A stretch of 16,512 nucleotides of DNA from Nannocystales bacterium (GTDB taxonomy: Bacteria > Myxococcota_A > Polyangia > Nannocystales > Nannocystaceae): positions 1 to 16,512 of the forward strand of contig JBOEGF010000055.1 of the NCBI GenBank assembly GCA_050633305.1, written 5' to 3'. A program made the translations under genes and the position numbers. The notes below the pieces were generated by a model. That model saw only the letters and a list, made by a program, of their open reading frames with translations, was not told where the DNA came from and searched no databases. Within the stretch, counting starts at the first letter, position 1. Each line of letters opens with the position of its first letter. This document shows positions 9,056 to 16,510 of the stretch, in pieces.

Positions 9056-10003
9056 ATGCCGTTGCCTGGGCGCAATGATGTCCGTTGGGACGATCTCAAA
9101 CTGTTCCTCGCGCTCACGCGCGCCGAGACCCTCGCAGGCGCGTCCGCTCAACTCGGCATCCACGCATCGACCGTCTTCCGGCGCATCGGTCTTCTCGAGG
9201 AGCTCTTGGGCACTCGGCTTTTTGACCGACTGGCGACCGGACATGCCCTCACCGCGGCTGGCTCTCGGCTCATCGAGTACGCCGAGAGGATCGAGGATGA
9301 GGCGCTCGCAGCGACCAGAGCGTTGGCGGGCGGCGACTTTCGGCTGCGCGGAACCGTACGCCTGGCCACCACCGACACTGTAGCGGTACGCCTGCTGGGC
9401 GCACCGCTGGAACAGTTCCGCAGTGCGCATCCCGAGATCATCGTCGAACTTCTGATCGACAACCGTCCCGTTCACCTCGGTCGTGGCGAGGCCGAACTCG
9501 CCGTGCGGCCCGGCCCCCATCCGGGGCAAGACGATGTCATCGCCACAGAGGCGGCACGCCTCGGCTCCGGATTTTTTGCATCCAAGCGCTACTTGCAGCG
9601 TTGCGGGAAGCCTGCAAGCCGTCGTAGGCTTCAGTGCCACGAGTTCGTCTCGGTCGACTCTTCCCTCAGCTCACTCAGCTACGCGAAGTTTCTCACCGAT
9701 CACTTCCCAGAAGCGTCGATCGTGTATCGAAGCAACACATTGCTCGCGCTCGCCGCGGCTGTCGAGGCGGGAATCGGGATCGGGTTACTGCCCTGTTTTC
9801 TCTTCGCGGGTCGCCAGGACGTGGAGCGCCTGTTCGCCCCGGTGCCGGAGCTGCAAACGCCGCTCTGGCTACTCGTTCACGTGGACCTGCGGCGGACCGC
9901 GCGAGTTCAAGCGCTCAAAGAACACCTTCTGGCGTGGACGACGCGGCACAGCGCGGCCCTGCTGAGCGGCGCCGCCATCCGCCCGGACGACAAGATAAGC
10001 TAG
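9056..10003 (+). CDS. LysR-family transcriptional regulator
   Basis: N-terminal HTH WDDLKLFLALTRAETLAGASAQLGIHASTVFRRIGLLEELLGTRLFDR followed by a substrate-binding domain. Divergent from the GST operon. Confidence 0.96.
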   Translation: MPLPGRNDVRWDDLKLFLALTRAETLAGASAQLGIHASTVFRRIGLLEELLGTRLFDRLATGHALTAAGSRLIEYAERIEDEALAATRALAGGDFRLRGTVRLATTDTVAVRLLGAPLEQFRSAHPEIIVELLIDNRPVHLGRGEAELAVRPGPHPGQDDVIATEAARLGSGFFASKRYLQRCGKPASRRRLQCHEFVSVDSSLSSLSYAKFLTDHFPEASIVYRSNTLLALAAAVEAGIGIGLLPCFLFAGRQDVERLFAPVPELQTPLWLLVHVDLRRTARVQALKEHLLAWTTRHSAALLSGAAIRPDDKIS

Positions 10004-10107
10004 TGCGGTTCATCAACAGTCTCCGTTCGACGAACCACGTCGTGACGGCGTGGCCAAAACCGAGCTATGCCCGCTCGAGCTGAGCGTCGAAGACCCCCGC
10101 ATTTCGC

Positions 10108-10185
10108 GGCCTATCTTCCGCCCCAAGGCCCCCTACACCGCCGTGGCAAAAACGCCGACAATCTAGATTGTGTCCACAAAGGACA
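10108..10185 (+). repeat. dif-containing repeat, copy B (site 10151-10178: AACGCCGACAA TCTAGA TTGTGTCCACA)
   Basis: 67/78 identity to copy A, same orientation, located between the convergent 3' ends of lysR and rpn. Confidence 0.9.
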
Positions 10186-10223
10186 CGTGCCCCATGAAGA
10201 CAGATCACGGGGCAGGGGAGGGC

Positions 10224-10451
10224 TCAGCCCTCGAAGACTTCGTCCACCACCGCAACCGTCGCCGCCCGCACAAGCCAGTCCTGCAGAACCTCAAGCTCGC
10301 TGCACTCTTCGACCCGTCGCCGAACATCCGGCGCCACGACCAGGCCCCGCGCATCGAGAACGGTCAACACTGACGCGGCCGCTCGACGCAGCTCCCCTTG
10401 AGCGGCACCTCGGGCCTCACCTTCGGCAAGAAGCTGTTCTGCGATGGTCAT
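10224..10451 (-). CDS. Putative in-frame intragenic small protein Rpn-S (75 aa antitoxin)
   Basis: Internal ATG at MTIAEQLL, preceded by GCGGAATCCATCACG (weak SD). The position matches the internal start described for Rpn toxin-antitoxin genes. Confidence 0.6.
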   Translation of the reverse strand: MTIAEQLLAEGEARGAAQGELRRAAASVLTVLDARGLVVAPDVRRRVEECSELEVLQDWLVRAATVAVVDEVFEG

Positions 10452-11210
10452 CGTGATGGATTCCGCGGCGGGTGCTCGCTCCTTGAGGATGGCACGAAAC
10501 TCCTCCAGCTGCAGGTCGGACGAGACGCGGACAACGTAGGAGAGCAGAGGGGCCAAAGCGCGCTCTCCGCCCGGCGTCTGGGCCAGCTCCTCGAGCTCGC
10601 CCAGCCAGTCCACGAGCCGCCGAAGGAGCAGGGCGCCATCCCTCGCATCCCGCATCAGCCACAGCGCGAGCCGAGCCTGCTGGGCCACCCCGCGGGCCCT
10701 CAGGTTGGCGTCATCGGTCCGATGAAGGTCGTCGACCGCGTACGAGAAGTCCGGCAGCACGGCATCGGCGAGCGCCCCGAGGTTCGGTGAGAACAGCTCA
10801 GAGAACCGCGTCGCCGCCTTCCAGCCGCCGACGACCTGCGACAGCACCGCGGGAACGATCAGCGGCAGCGGCAATGCCTTGTTCTTGTCGTCGTCCGAGA
10901 ACCGCTCCCAGATGCTGACCATGTAGCTCAACAGCCGCAGCGCCATCTTCGGCTCGGGCGTCGACTGGTGCTCGAACAGCAGGTACACGAGCACGCGCTC
11001 GCCGGAGGCTTGCGCGTTCGCCGAGAACAGCAGGTCGCTGTGCTGGTCCGCCAGTTTCTCGTCGACGTAGCTTCCGGGCTCAAGCTTCAGCGTCGACCAG
11101 TCGATCGCGGAGACGTGCTCGGCTGAGAGCACGTGCTGCAGCTCAGCCGCGGCATTCTCGGGCTGCTGGAACACGCTCTTGAAGAGCGCGTCGTGCGGGG
11201 TCTTCGTCAC
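10224..11210 (-). CDS. Rpn family recombination-promoting nuclease / putative transposase (YhgA-like, PD-(D/E)xK)
   Basis: Motifs PHDALFK, LKLEPGSYVDEKL...SDLLFS, VYLLFEHQS, MALRLLSY, LPLIVPAVL and MTIAEQL...GEARG. The start is placed at the GTG at 11210. Confidence 0.95.
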   Translation of the reverse strand: MTKTPHDALFKSVFQQPENAAAELQHVLSAEHVSAIDWSTLKLEPGSYVDEKLADQHSDLLFSANAQASGERVLVYLLFEHQSTPEPKMALRLLSYMVSIWERFSDDDKNKALPLPLIVPAVLSQVVGGWKAATRFSELFSPNLGALADAVLPDFSYAVDDLHRTDDANLRARGVAQQARLALWLMRDARDGALLLRRLVDWLGELEELAQTPGGERALAPLLSYVVRVSSDLQLEEFRAILKERAPAAESITMTIAEQLLAEGEARGAAQGELRRAAASVLTVLDARGLVVAPDVRRRVEECSELEVLQDWLVRAATVAVVDEVFEG

Positions 11211-11220
11211 GGGCGCCGGG

Positions 11221-11229
11221 ACGATAACA
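11221..11229 (-). promoter_or_regulatory. Candidate extended -10 promoter (TGtTATCGT) for rpn
   Basis: TG-n-TATCGT on the minus strand, 10 nt upstream of the GTG and adjacent to the left end of repeat copy C. Confidence 0.45.
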
Positions 11230-11237
11230 CTCGCCGC

Positions 11238-11382
11238 ACACCTGAACACCCGCCGTTTCGGAACCTCGATTTTCGGGCCTATCTTCCGCCCCGTGGCCCC
11301 CTACCCACCCGTGGCAAAAACGCCGATAATAATGATTATGTCCAATGAGGACAGGATGTACCTGTAGGGCAGTGCGATCGTA
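11238..11382 (+). repeat. dif-containing repeat, copy C (site 11319-11346: AACGCCGATAA TAATGA TTATGTCCAAT)
   Basis: The right arm matches the E. coli dif XerD arm TTATGTTAAAT at 9/11 and the left arm matches GGTGCGCATAA at 6/11. The ATAA-N6-TTAT core is intact. Confidence 0.95.
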
Positions 11383-11514
11383 GCGCAGCAGCGCGTTTTT
11401 TGCAAGCGCCCGCTGCCGAGCTGCCCACAGCAGCCCCCAGGAGCTCAAGCAGCTGCCAGGGCTGGTATCGTCCGACGTTGCCCTGATAAGCCCAATAAGG
11501 GCTGAGACTGGAGT

Positions 11515-12276
11515 TCAGAGCGTGAAGCCGACGCGGTACTGAGACGGTGTCTGCCCCATGAGGTCCCGAAACGCAGACTGGAACGCCGAGAGCGACGCGT
11601 AGCCGACGTCCATCGCGATCTGGGTCACCGAGTGATCGGTGCCTGCGAGCTGCTCGATCGCTCGAAGCACGCGAAGGCGCCGTAGCGCGGCTCGCCAGGT
11701 CATGCCGAGTTCCTGTTCGAATCGTCGGGCCAACGATCGCGACGCCATCCCGATCTCGTCGGCGATGTCGGTAAGCCGAGGATCGTCGGCGAGCCGCGCC
11801 TCGGTGACCGCAAGTGCTCGCCGGACCTCCGCCGATCGCCCGGCGGGCATGTGCGCCGGACTCGGGTGCGCGGCAAGAGCCCACGCAACCTCGGCTAGCG
11901 CGCGAAACATCGCAAGCGCGTAGGCGTTGAGCGGCGCAGCCTCGTCACCCCACTGTGCGCACTCGGTGATGAGTGCCTGAGCGAGCGGTGTCAGGTCGAC
12001 GACCGCGAGGTTCGCGAGTGGCGCCGGGGCGAATGTGGTGCTGAAGAGCACCGAAGCGGTCGTGGCCCGTTGCGGGATCGTGACCTGGATCGGCACTGCC
12101 GCCCGGATGACCGCCGCCCGAGCCGGCGGCAGTGACCAGGTCGTTCCGTCGACCTCCAGCCGCAGCGCTCCGCGGGAGGCGGCAAGTAGATAGTGCCGGT
12201 TGACGCACAACGGCTGCGCCGGCGTTGACTGGAACTCACGGACGAAGCTGAATGCCGGCCGCTGCACACCGCACAC
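11515..12276 (-). CDS. AraC-family transcriptional regulator
   Basis: Cupin-like N-terminus (WSLPPARAAVI) and a C-terminal double HTH (IADEIGMASRSLARRF...SVTQIAMDVGYASLSAFQSAFRDLMGQTPSQYR). Confidence 0.95.
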   Translation of the reverse strand: MCGVQRPAFSFVREFQSTPAQPLCVNRHYLLAASRGALRLEVDGTTWSLPPARAAVIRAAVPIQVTIPQRATTASVLFSTTFAPAPLANLAVVDLTPLAQALITECAQWGDEAAPLNAYALAMFRALAEVAWALAAHPSPAHMPAGRSAEVRRALAVTEARLADDPRLTDIADEIGMASRSLARRFEQELGMTWRAALRRLRVLRAIEQLAGTDHSVTQIAMDVGYASLSAFQSAFRDLMGQTPSQYRVGFTL

Positions 12277-12285
12277 TATCGCCCT

Positions 12286-12600
12286 TCAAGCGACGGTCTC
12301 CACCAACTCGACCAGGAAACGGCGGCTCGACGGCGTCCCGATCATCATCGGACGGAGACGAGCAACCGAACGGGCAAACGACTCCGACGCGAGGTACGCG
12401 TCAAAAGATGGCTGGTCGGCCCACTCGTGGAGCACAGTTATATCGTTGTCGTTTTGCCGGCTCGAGAAGGCCCGGATCGCGAGACAGCCAGGCATTGCGG
12501 CGATCTGAGGCTGTTCACGCTCCAGCTGGGCGATGGCGGCCGGTCGATCCGCGGCGGCCGTCGAAAAGTCTAGGATGGCAATGAAGGAGGGCGTTGTCAT
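12286..12600 (-). CDS. Antibiotic biosynthesis monooxygenase (ABM) / putative quinol monooxygenase family protein
   Basis: 104 aa from the ATG at 12600, with the pattern AMPGCLAIRAF...ITVLHEWADQPSFDAYLASESF. Co-oriented 9 bp upstream of araC. Confidence 0.85.
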   Translation of the reverse strand: MTTPSFIAILDFSTAAADRPAAIAQLEREQPQIAAMPGCLAIRAFSSRQNDNDITVLHEWADQPSFDAYLASESFARSVARLRPMMIGTPSSRRFLVELVETVA

Positions 12601-12639
12601 GCATCCATGGTGCGCCGACCCGGAACGAACGCGCTGCCG

Positions 12640-12672
12640 CCGAACGGACGAAAACACGCTCCGAACGGCCAA
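12640..12672. promoter_or_regulatory. Tandem direct repeat with 21-bp period, candidate AraC operator
   Basis: ccgaacggacgaa (12640) and ccgaacggccaa (12661), 40-72 bp upstream of the ABM start. Direct half-sites about 21 bp apart are typical of AraC-family activators. Confidence 0.6.
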
Positions 12673-12919
12673 CCGAGGGCCCCGTGGATTCGGTGAAAAC
12701 AGCGATGCTCCGAAAGCTCGCCGAGGAACCGCACGACGGACGACGACCTCCGCTATCCCCCGCTCGCCAACCAGGCTACGCAGGCGCTGTCATGCGCGAC
12801 GCCCGGGACGCACCGCCCTTCCACAGTACGTCGCCAACTGGGCGGATGCCCTGGAACGCCTAGCCCGAGCCCCTGGCGGCCGAGACGCCATCATCCGCCC
12901 CCTACACGACATCGCACCC

Positions 12920-13287
12920 AGGGTCGGAACCACATCGGTGTAAAGGTGCAAGAGCGGCGTTGGCGCTCGGGTCCTCGCCCGACGGGGCACCTGCCGTCAT
13001 CCCTGGGCGCTGTTCGGTCTCGAAACCGCCTGGAGCCGAGCTCAGAGCGGTTCTCATGTCCATGAGGGGCATGCTCAAACCTGCCAAAAAGGGGCCCTCT
13101 CCTTGGACCGCTCGCATTCTGGCCGCAGCAGTGCCACTGCGAAGAGAGTCTCGCCTGCCATGATGGGCAGACTCCAGATGACACCGTAGCGCCCCGAGGT
13201 CGGTGCCTCAGGGCCTTTGGACACGAACCGGCTCTTCCAGGACGAGGAGCGTCATCGCCGCTCTCGCACCGATGTGGTTCCGACCCT
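12920..13287. mobile_element. 368-bp element bounded by perfect 21-bp inverted repeats (MITE-like or invertible segment)
   Basis: agggtcggaaccacatcggtg (12920-12940) and its exact reverse complement (13267-13287). The match extends inward by 17/20 after an 8-bp indel. No convincing gene inside and no target-site duplication seen. Confidence 0.6.
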
Positions 13288-13723
13288 AAATCAGAAACAC
13301 CGAATTCGACCAGCAGGAGGGCGTTCCGAGCTTGTTGCGGAACGATGGCCAACCTTCAGTTCCCTTCAAGGGCACCGACGTTTAGCGGGCGTAGCGCCGC
13401 TTAGCGCCGCATCCGGTTCCGTTGTTCCCCATGCCCCCCATCGAGCAACCGCTGCACCTGGGGGTCGAAGCACATCCGTACAGAATGTTGCGCTAAGGAA
13501 TTGTACGCAAAGTTGGCCGTTCCAACCGCGGCTAACCTCTTGAAATCACGGAGCGGTGACAGTTTGAGGACGAGGGCCGACGCCATGATCGCACGCCGCG
13601 ATCCCGGTTAAAAGCCCGCGCGACGTCGACGTGCCCCAGCTTGCCCTCAAGCACCGGCGCTTCGATCACGAGATATCGCAGAAACGTGACCAAGCGGAAG
13701 CCGGAGGCCCCAACCCGACCTCC

Positions 13724-14653
13724 CTAGACCAGGTCGTAGGTCAGGGTGACGCTGGATCCGCCCCGCCGCACAACGAGGGTGAAGCTCGTCGCTCCCTGCA
13801 GGGCCTCCCAGGCATCGAATGCGCCCCCAATCGTGGTGATGTCGTGGCCGTTGAGCGTGACGGGAACATCGCCGGTTCGAATCCCGAGTTCATGGATGAG
13901 CTCTCCTCCGGTCACGGAGGCGAACTCGTAGGAACCGCTCCCATCCGGCTCGATGCGAGCGTCCTCCAGGTAGAGACATCCAGGCTGGGCGATGATCTTG
14001 TCCACGAATCCGGTTGAGACCTGCAACGTCCCACGCACATCGGTGAAGCTGTAGCTTCCATCGATGAACGAGCAGTCACCAGCCGATGGGTAGACCTCGT
14101 AGGCCATCGAGATGGTGCAGTCCTGCAGGCCGTCGCGATCGCCGTAGACGATCGAGGGAAACTGGAATCCGATGCTGGCCGCGTCCGCGTCGAGCGCAGC
14201 GTCCTCGACCTCGCCGTCGTTGCAGTTGTTTGCGAAGCTCGGATCCGGAACGAGGGAAAAGCAGACGTTGCGCGCATCCTGGTAGATATTGCTTCGCAAG
14301 TTGAGCACATCAGAGGGGAGCGAAACGCTTCCATCCATGGGGACAACGTTGCCCACCATGTTTGAGATCAGCCAGTCGTGCGTATCCTGGGCCGTGCACC
14401 AACAGCCCTGTGGGCTGCTGCCGTCGTCGGCGTAGACGATGTCGAACTCGGTTCCGCTGCCGTCGTCGTAGGTCGCGTTGTCAGCTCGAGTGCACCACAG
14501 ATGCCCCTGGACGGGCATAGGACCTTCCGTGTCGCCATCCGTGTCCGGAGGGAATGATCCGCTTGGCTGGGGATCCGCGGGGCCCACTCCTTCCGCGCAC
14601 CCCGCAAGAACCGAAGAGACCAGCACCATCAGACGAATCTTCCTGTTTGTCAT
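13724..14653 (-). CDS. Lipoprotein with a C-terminal PDZ-like (GspC-type) domain
   Basis: Lipobox MTNRKIRLMVLVSSVLAGC, an acidic Cys-containing middle region, and ELGIRTGDVPVTLNGHDI...FTLVVRRGGSSVTLTYDL. Confidence 0.85.
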   Translation of the reverse strand: MTNRKIRLMVLVSSVLAGCAEGVGPADPQPSGSFPPDTDGDTEGPMPVQGHLWCTRADNATYDDGSGTEFDIVYADDGSSPQGCWCTAQDTHDWLISNMVGNVVPMDGSVSLPSDVLNLRSNIYQDARNVCFSLVPDPSFANNCNDGEVEDAALDADAASIGFQFPSIVYGDRDGLQDCTISMAYEVYPSAGDCSFIDGSYSFTDVRGTLQVSTGFVDKIIAQPGCLYLEDARIEPDGSGSYEFASVTGGELIHELGIRTGDVPVTLNGHDITTIGGAFDAWEALQGATSFTLVVRRGGSSVTLTYDLV

Positions 14654-14775
14654 GGTCGCGAGACCAACACGCGGCCACACCGCCTGCAACCCAGAGCGGT
14701 CACATTCCTGGATTTCGCAGCCGCCTCCGCCCCACAGGCTTGACACCCCTCGGACCACAGAGCCATGGTGAAGCG

Positions 14776-15870
14776 ATGCGTCGCATAGGATCAGCCGCCG
14801 TGCTCCTTTGCGTCACAATGGGATGCGCACCTGACATCGGGGTCCAGCTTCCAGATACTGAGCAGGTCTACGCGGGCCCTCAGGTTCGACTGCACTCCAC
14901 GGGCGAGAGCGACGTCTGCACAGGAACGGGGCCCTCGATGGAGGCAATGCTCTCGTTCCTGGGCCGAGAGACCGAACTAGGCGACCTAGACCAACCAATC
15001 GAAGTCTACCTTCTGTCCGAGGAGCAAGTCGCCGAGAGCTGCGGACTCGACATCGACGGCGTCTATGCGTGCGCATTCGTCGAAGAGCCGAACCCTGTCG
15101 TCGTGACGAGCTACCTCCCCACCGAGCACGAGCTTGTCCACTCGTACCTCTCCCTGAAGCAAGAGAAGCCGAAGCGCCGACATGCCTTCCTCGAAGAAGG
15201 CTTCGCATCGGTCTACGGAAGAGACGGCTACCACCCTGAGCCGACCACATCCCTCACAGATGGGCTCTCTTTCGCTCGCTCACTACCACTCGATCAGTAC
15301 CCTCGAGCAGCACACTTCATGAACTTCGTCATCGACGAGTTCGGGCCTGCCGCAACAACCCGTATGCTCCTCGCCTCAGCTGAGGCGAGGGATCTCGACG
15401 CCCTCAACTCGACGTTCGTCGAAACGCTCGGCACTTCAACGGAGGCACTGGTCGAGCTCTACGAGCAGGAGTCCACGTCTTGCTCGAGTGCGGGATGGCA
15501 GCGTGGCTACGACTGCGAGTCCCCTCCCGAAGAGTGGCACTTCTCAGGAACACTCCAGCTCGACATCGGCAATGAGTGCGGCTCTCCAACAGCCCAGGGC
15601 TGGTCGAGCGGCCAGGTCTTCGAGCGGTTCACCCTGGAGTTCCCCGAGGCAGCGACAGTGTCGATGCGATTGGACTCGTCGACCGGAGAGCAACACCCGA
15701 AAGTCCGACTCACGAAGTGTGGCACCTGCGACGACGAGTTCTCGTTTGAGTACGACCTCTCCAGAGGCCCCCTGTTCGGGCTGCAGCTGGAGCCCGGGAC
15801 ATACGTCTTGAGGACGCTCTACTCCAGCGGACAGCCTGAACCTGGCGTCCTAGAGCTTCGCCAGCAGTAG
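14776..15870 (+). CDS. Lipoprotein with an HExxH zinc-metallopeptidase-like motif
   Basis: Lipobox MRRIGSAAVLLCVTMGC, and HELVH followed by FLEEGFA (gluzincin-type third ligand). The start was reassigned to the ATG at 14776. Confidence 0.85.
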   Translation: MRRIGSAAVLLCVTMGCAPDIGVQLPDTEQVYAGPQVRLHSTGESDVCTGTGPSMEAMLSFLGRETELGDLDQPIEVYLLSEEQVAESCGLDIDGVYACAFVEEPNPVVVTSYLPTEHELVHSYLSLKQEKPKRRHAFLEEGFASVYGRDGYHPEPTTSLTDGLSFARSLPLDQYPRAAHFMNFVIDEFGPAATTRMLLASAEARDLDALNSTFVETLGTSTEALVELYEQESTSCSSAGWQRGYDCESPPEEWHFSGTLQLDIGNECGSPTAQGWSSGQVFERFTLEFPEAATVSMRLDSSTGEQHPKVRLTKCGTCDDEFSFEYDLSRGPLFGLQLEPGTYVLRTLYSSGQPEPGVLELRQQ

Positions 15871-15919
15871 CGCCCCGACCAACGCAACCGGATTTTCGAG
15901 CCAGAGTCGCGAGCACCGC

Positions 15920-16510
15920 TCACCATGACCACCCACCATTCGGCGCCGTCCACGACCAGCCATCCTTCTCATCGATGAAGAACCGGGCGTCCTCAGACAG
16001 CACGGGGACGACCTGGTGAAGATGGACGTGGCCGCGCCTGTCCATCACAACCACATGGGTGTCTTGTGCTTGGAGGTCAGGGAGCAGGAACGCCAACAAC
16101 CCCGCACTCTCCGGCACGTCGCACATCTCGAAGTCGGCCGTACATCGGATGACGGCTGGGTCGGTCTCAAAGGCCGGCGCCATCCTCGTAGCCTCCGCGA
16201 GCGCGAGCACCTTCAAGCCATCCCCACTCAGCTCAAACCACGCGTTGCTCTCACGGGCCGCCTTCATCGCCCGCCACAGCGGCGAGCACAGTCGTTTGAT
16301 CAGGTCGTAGGTTCCGCCGGAGAGAGCGGCGGCCCCGACGAAGAGAACAAGATCGAAGCCACCGCCGGCATGCGGAGGCGCCCCAGGGCCGTAGAAACGG
16401 TCCTCGAACAGGGGATCGATCTCGTCGTCGATGATCTTCATGGCCTCGCGAAGCGCATCGACCGCTAGCTGGGCCCCGTCGTCTCCGTCTTGTCGGCGAT
16501 CATGGGGATT
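15920..16510 (-). CDS. Hypothetical protein, probably 5'-truncated by the window edge
   Basis: The 173-aa ORF of the track stays open upstream of the ATG at 16441 all the way to the window end. Confidence 0.7.
   Translation of the reverse strand, partial: NPHDRRQDGDDGAQLAVDALREAMKIIDDEIDPLFEDRFYGPGAPPHAGGGFDLVLFVGAAALSGGTYDLIKRLCSPLWRAMKAARESNAWFELSGDGLKVLALAEATRMAPAFETDPAVIRCTADFEMCDVPESAGLLAFLLPDLQAQDTHVVVMDRRGHVHLHQVVPVLSEDARFFIDEKDGWSWTAPNGGWSW

Noticed and set aside
8999..9640. N-terminal extension of the 533-aa ORF
   Set aside because: It is the antisense shadow of LysR; GST homology starts only after the ATG at 8998.
7331..11382. CRISPR array
   Set aside because: The repeats are 78-145 bp and separated by kilobase gene-containing segments, and there are no cas genes.
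11479..11506. Fourth dif-like site (tgccctgataa gcccaa taagggctgag)
   Set aside because: Only GATAA matches; there is no TTATGT arm and none of the conserved flanks.
12700..12920. Possible frameshifted gene remnant (…PQYVANWADALERLARAPGGRDAII…)
   Set aside because: No family is recognisable and no consistent frame exists, so it cannot be supported without a homology search.
12920..13287. Retron msr-msd with a1/a2 repeats
   Set aside because: There is no reverse transcriptase in the window, and the branching-G context cannot be supported.
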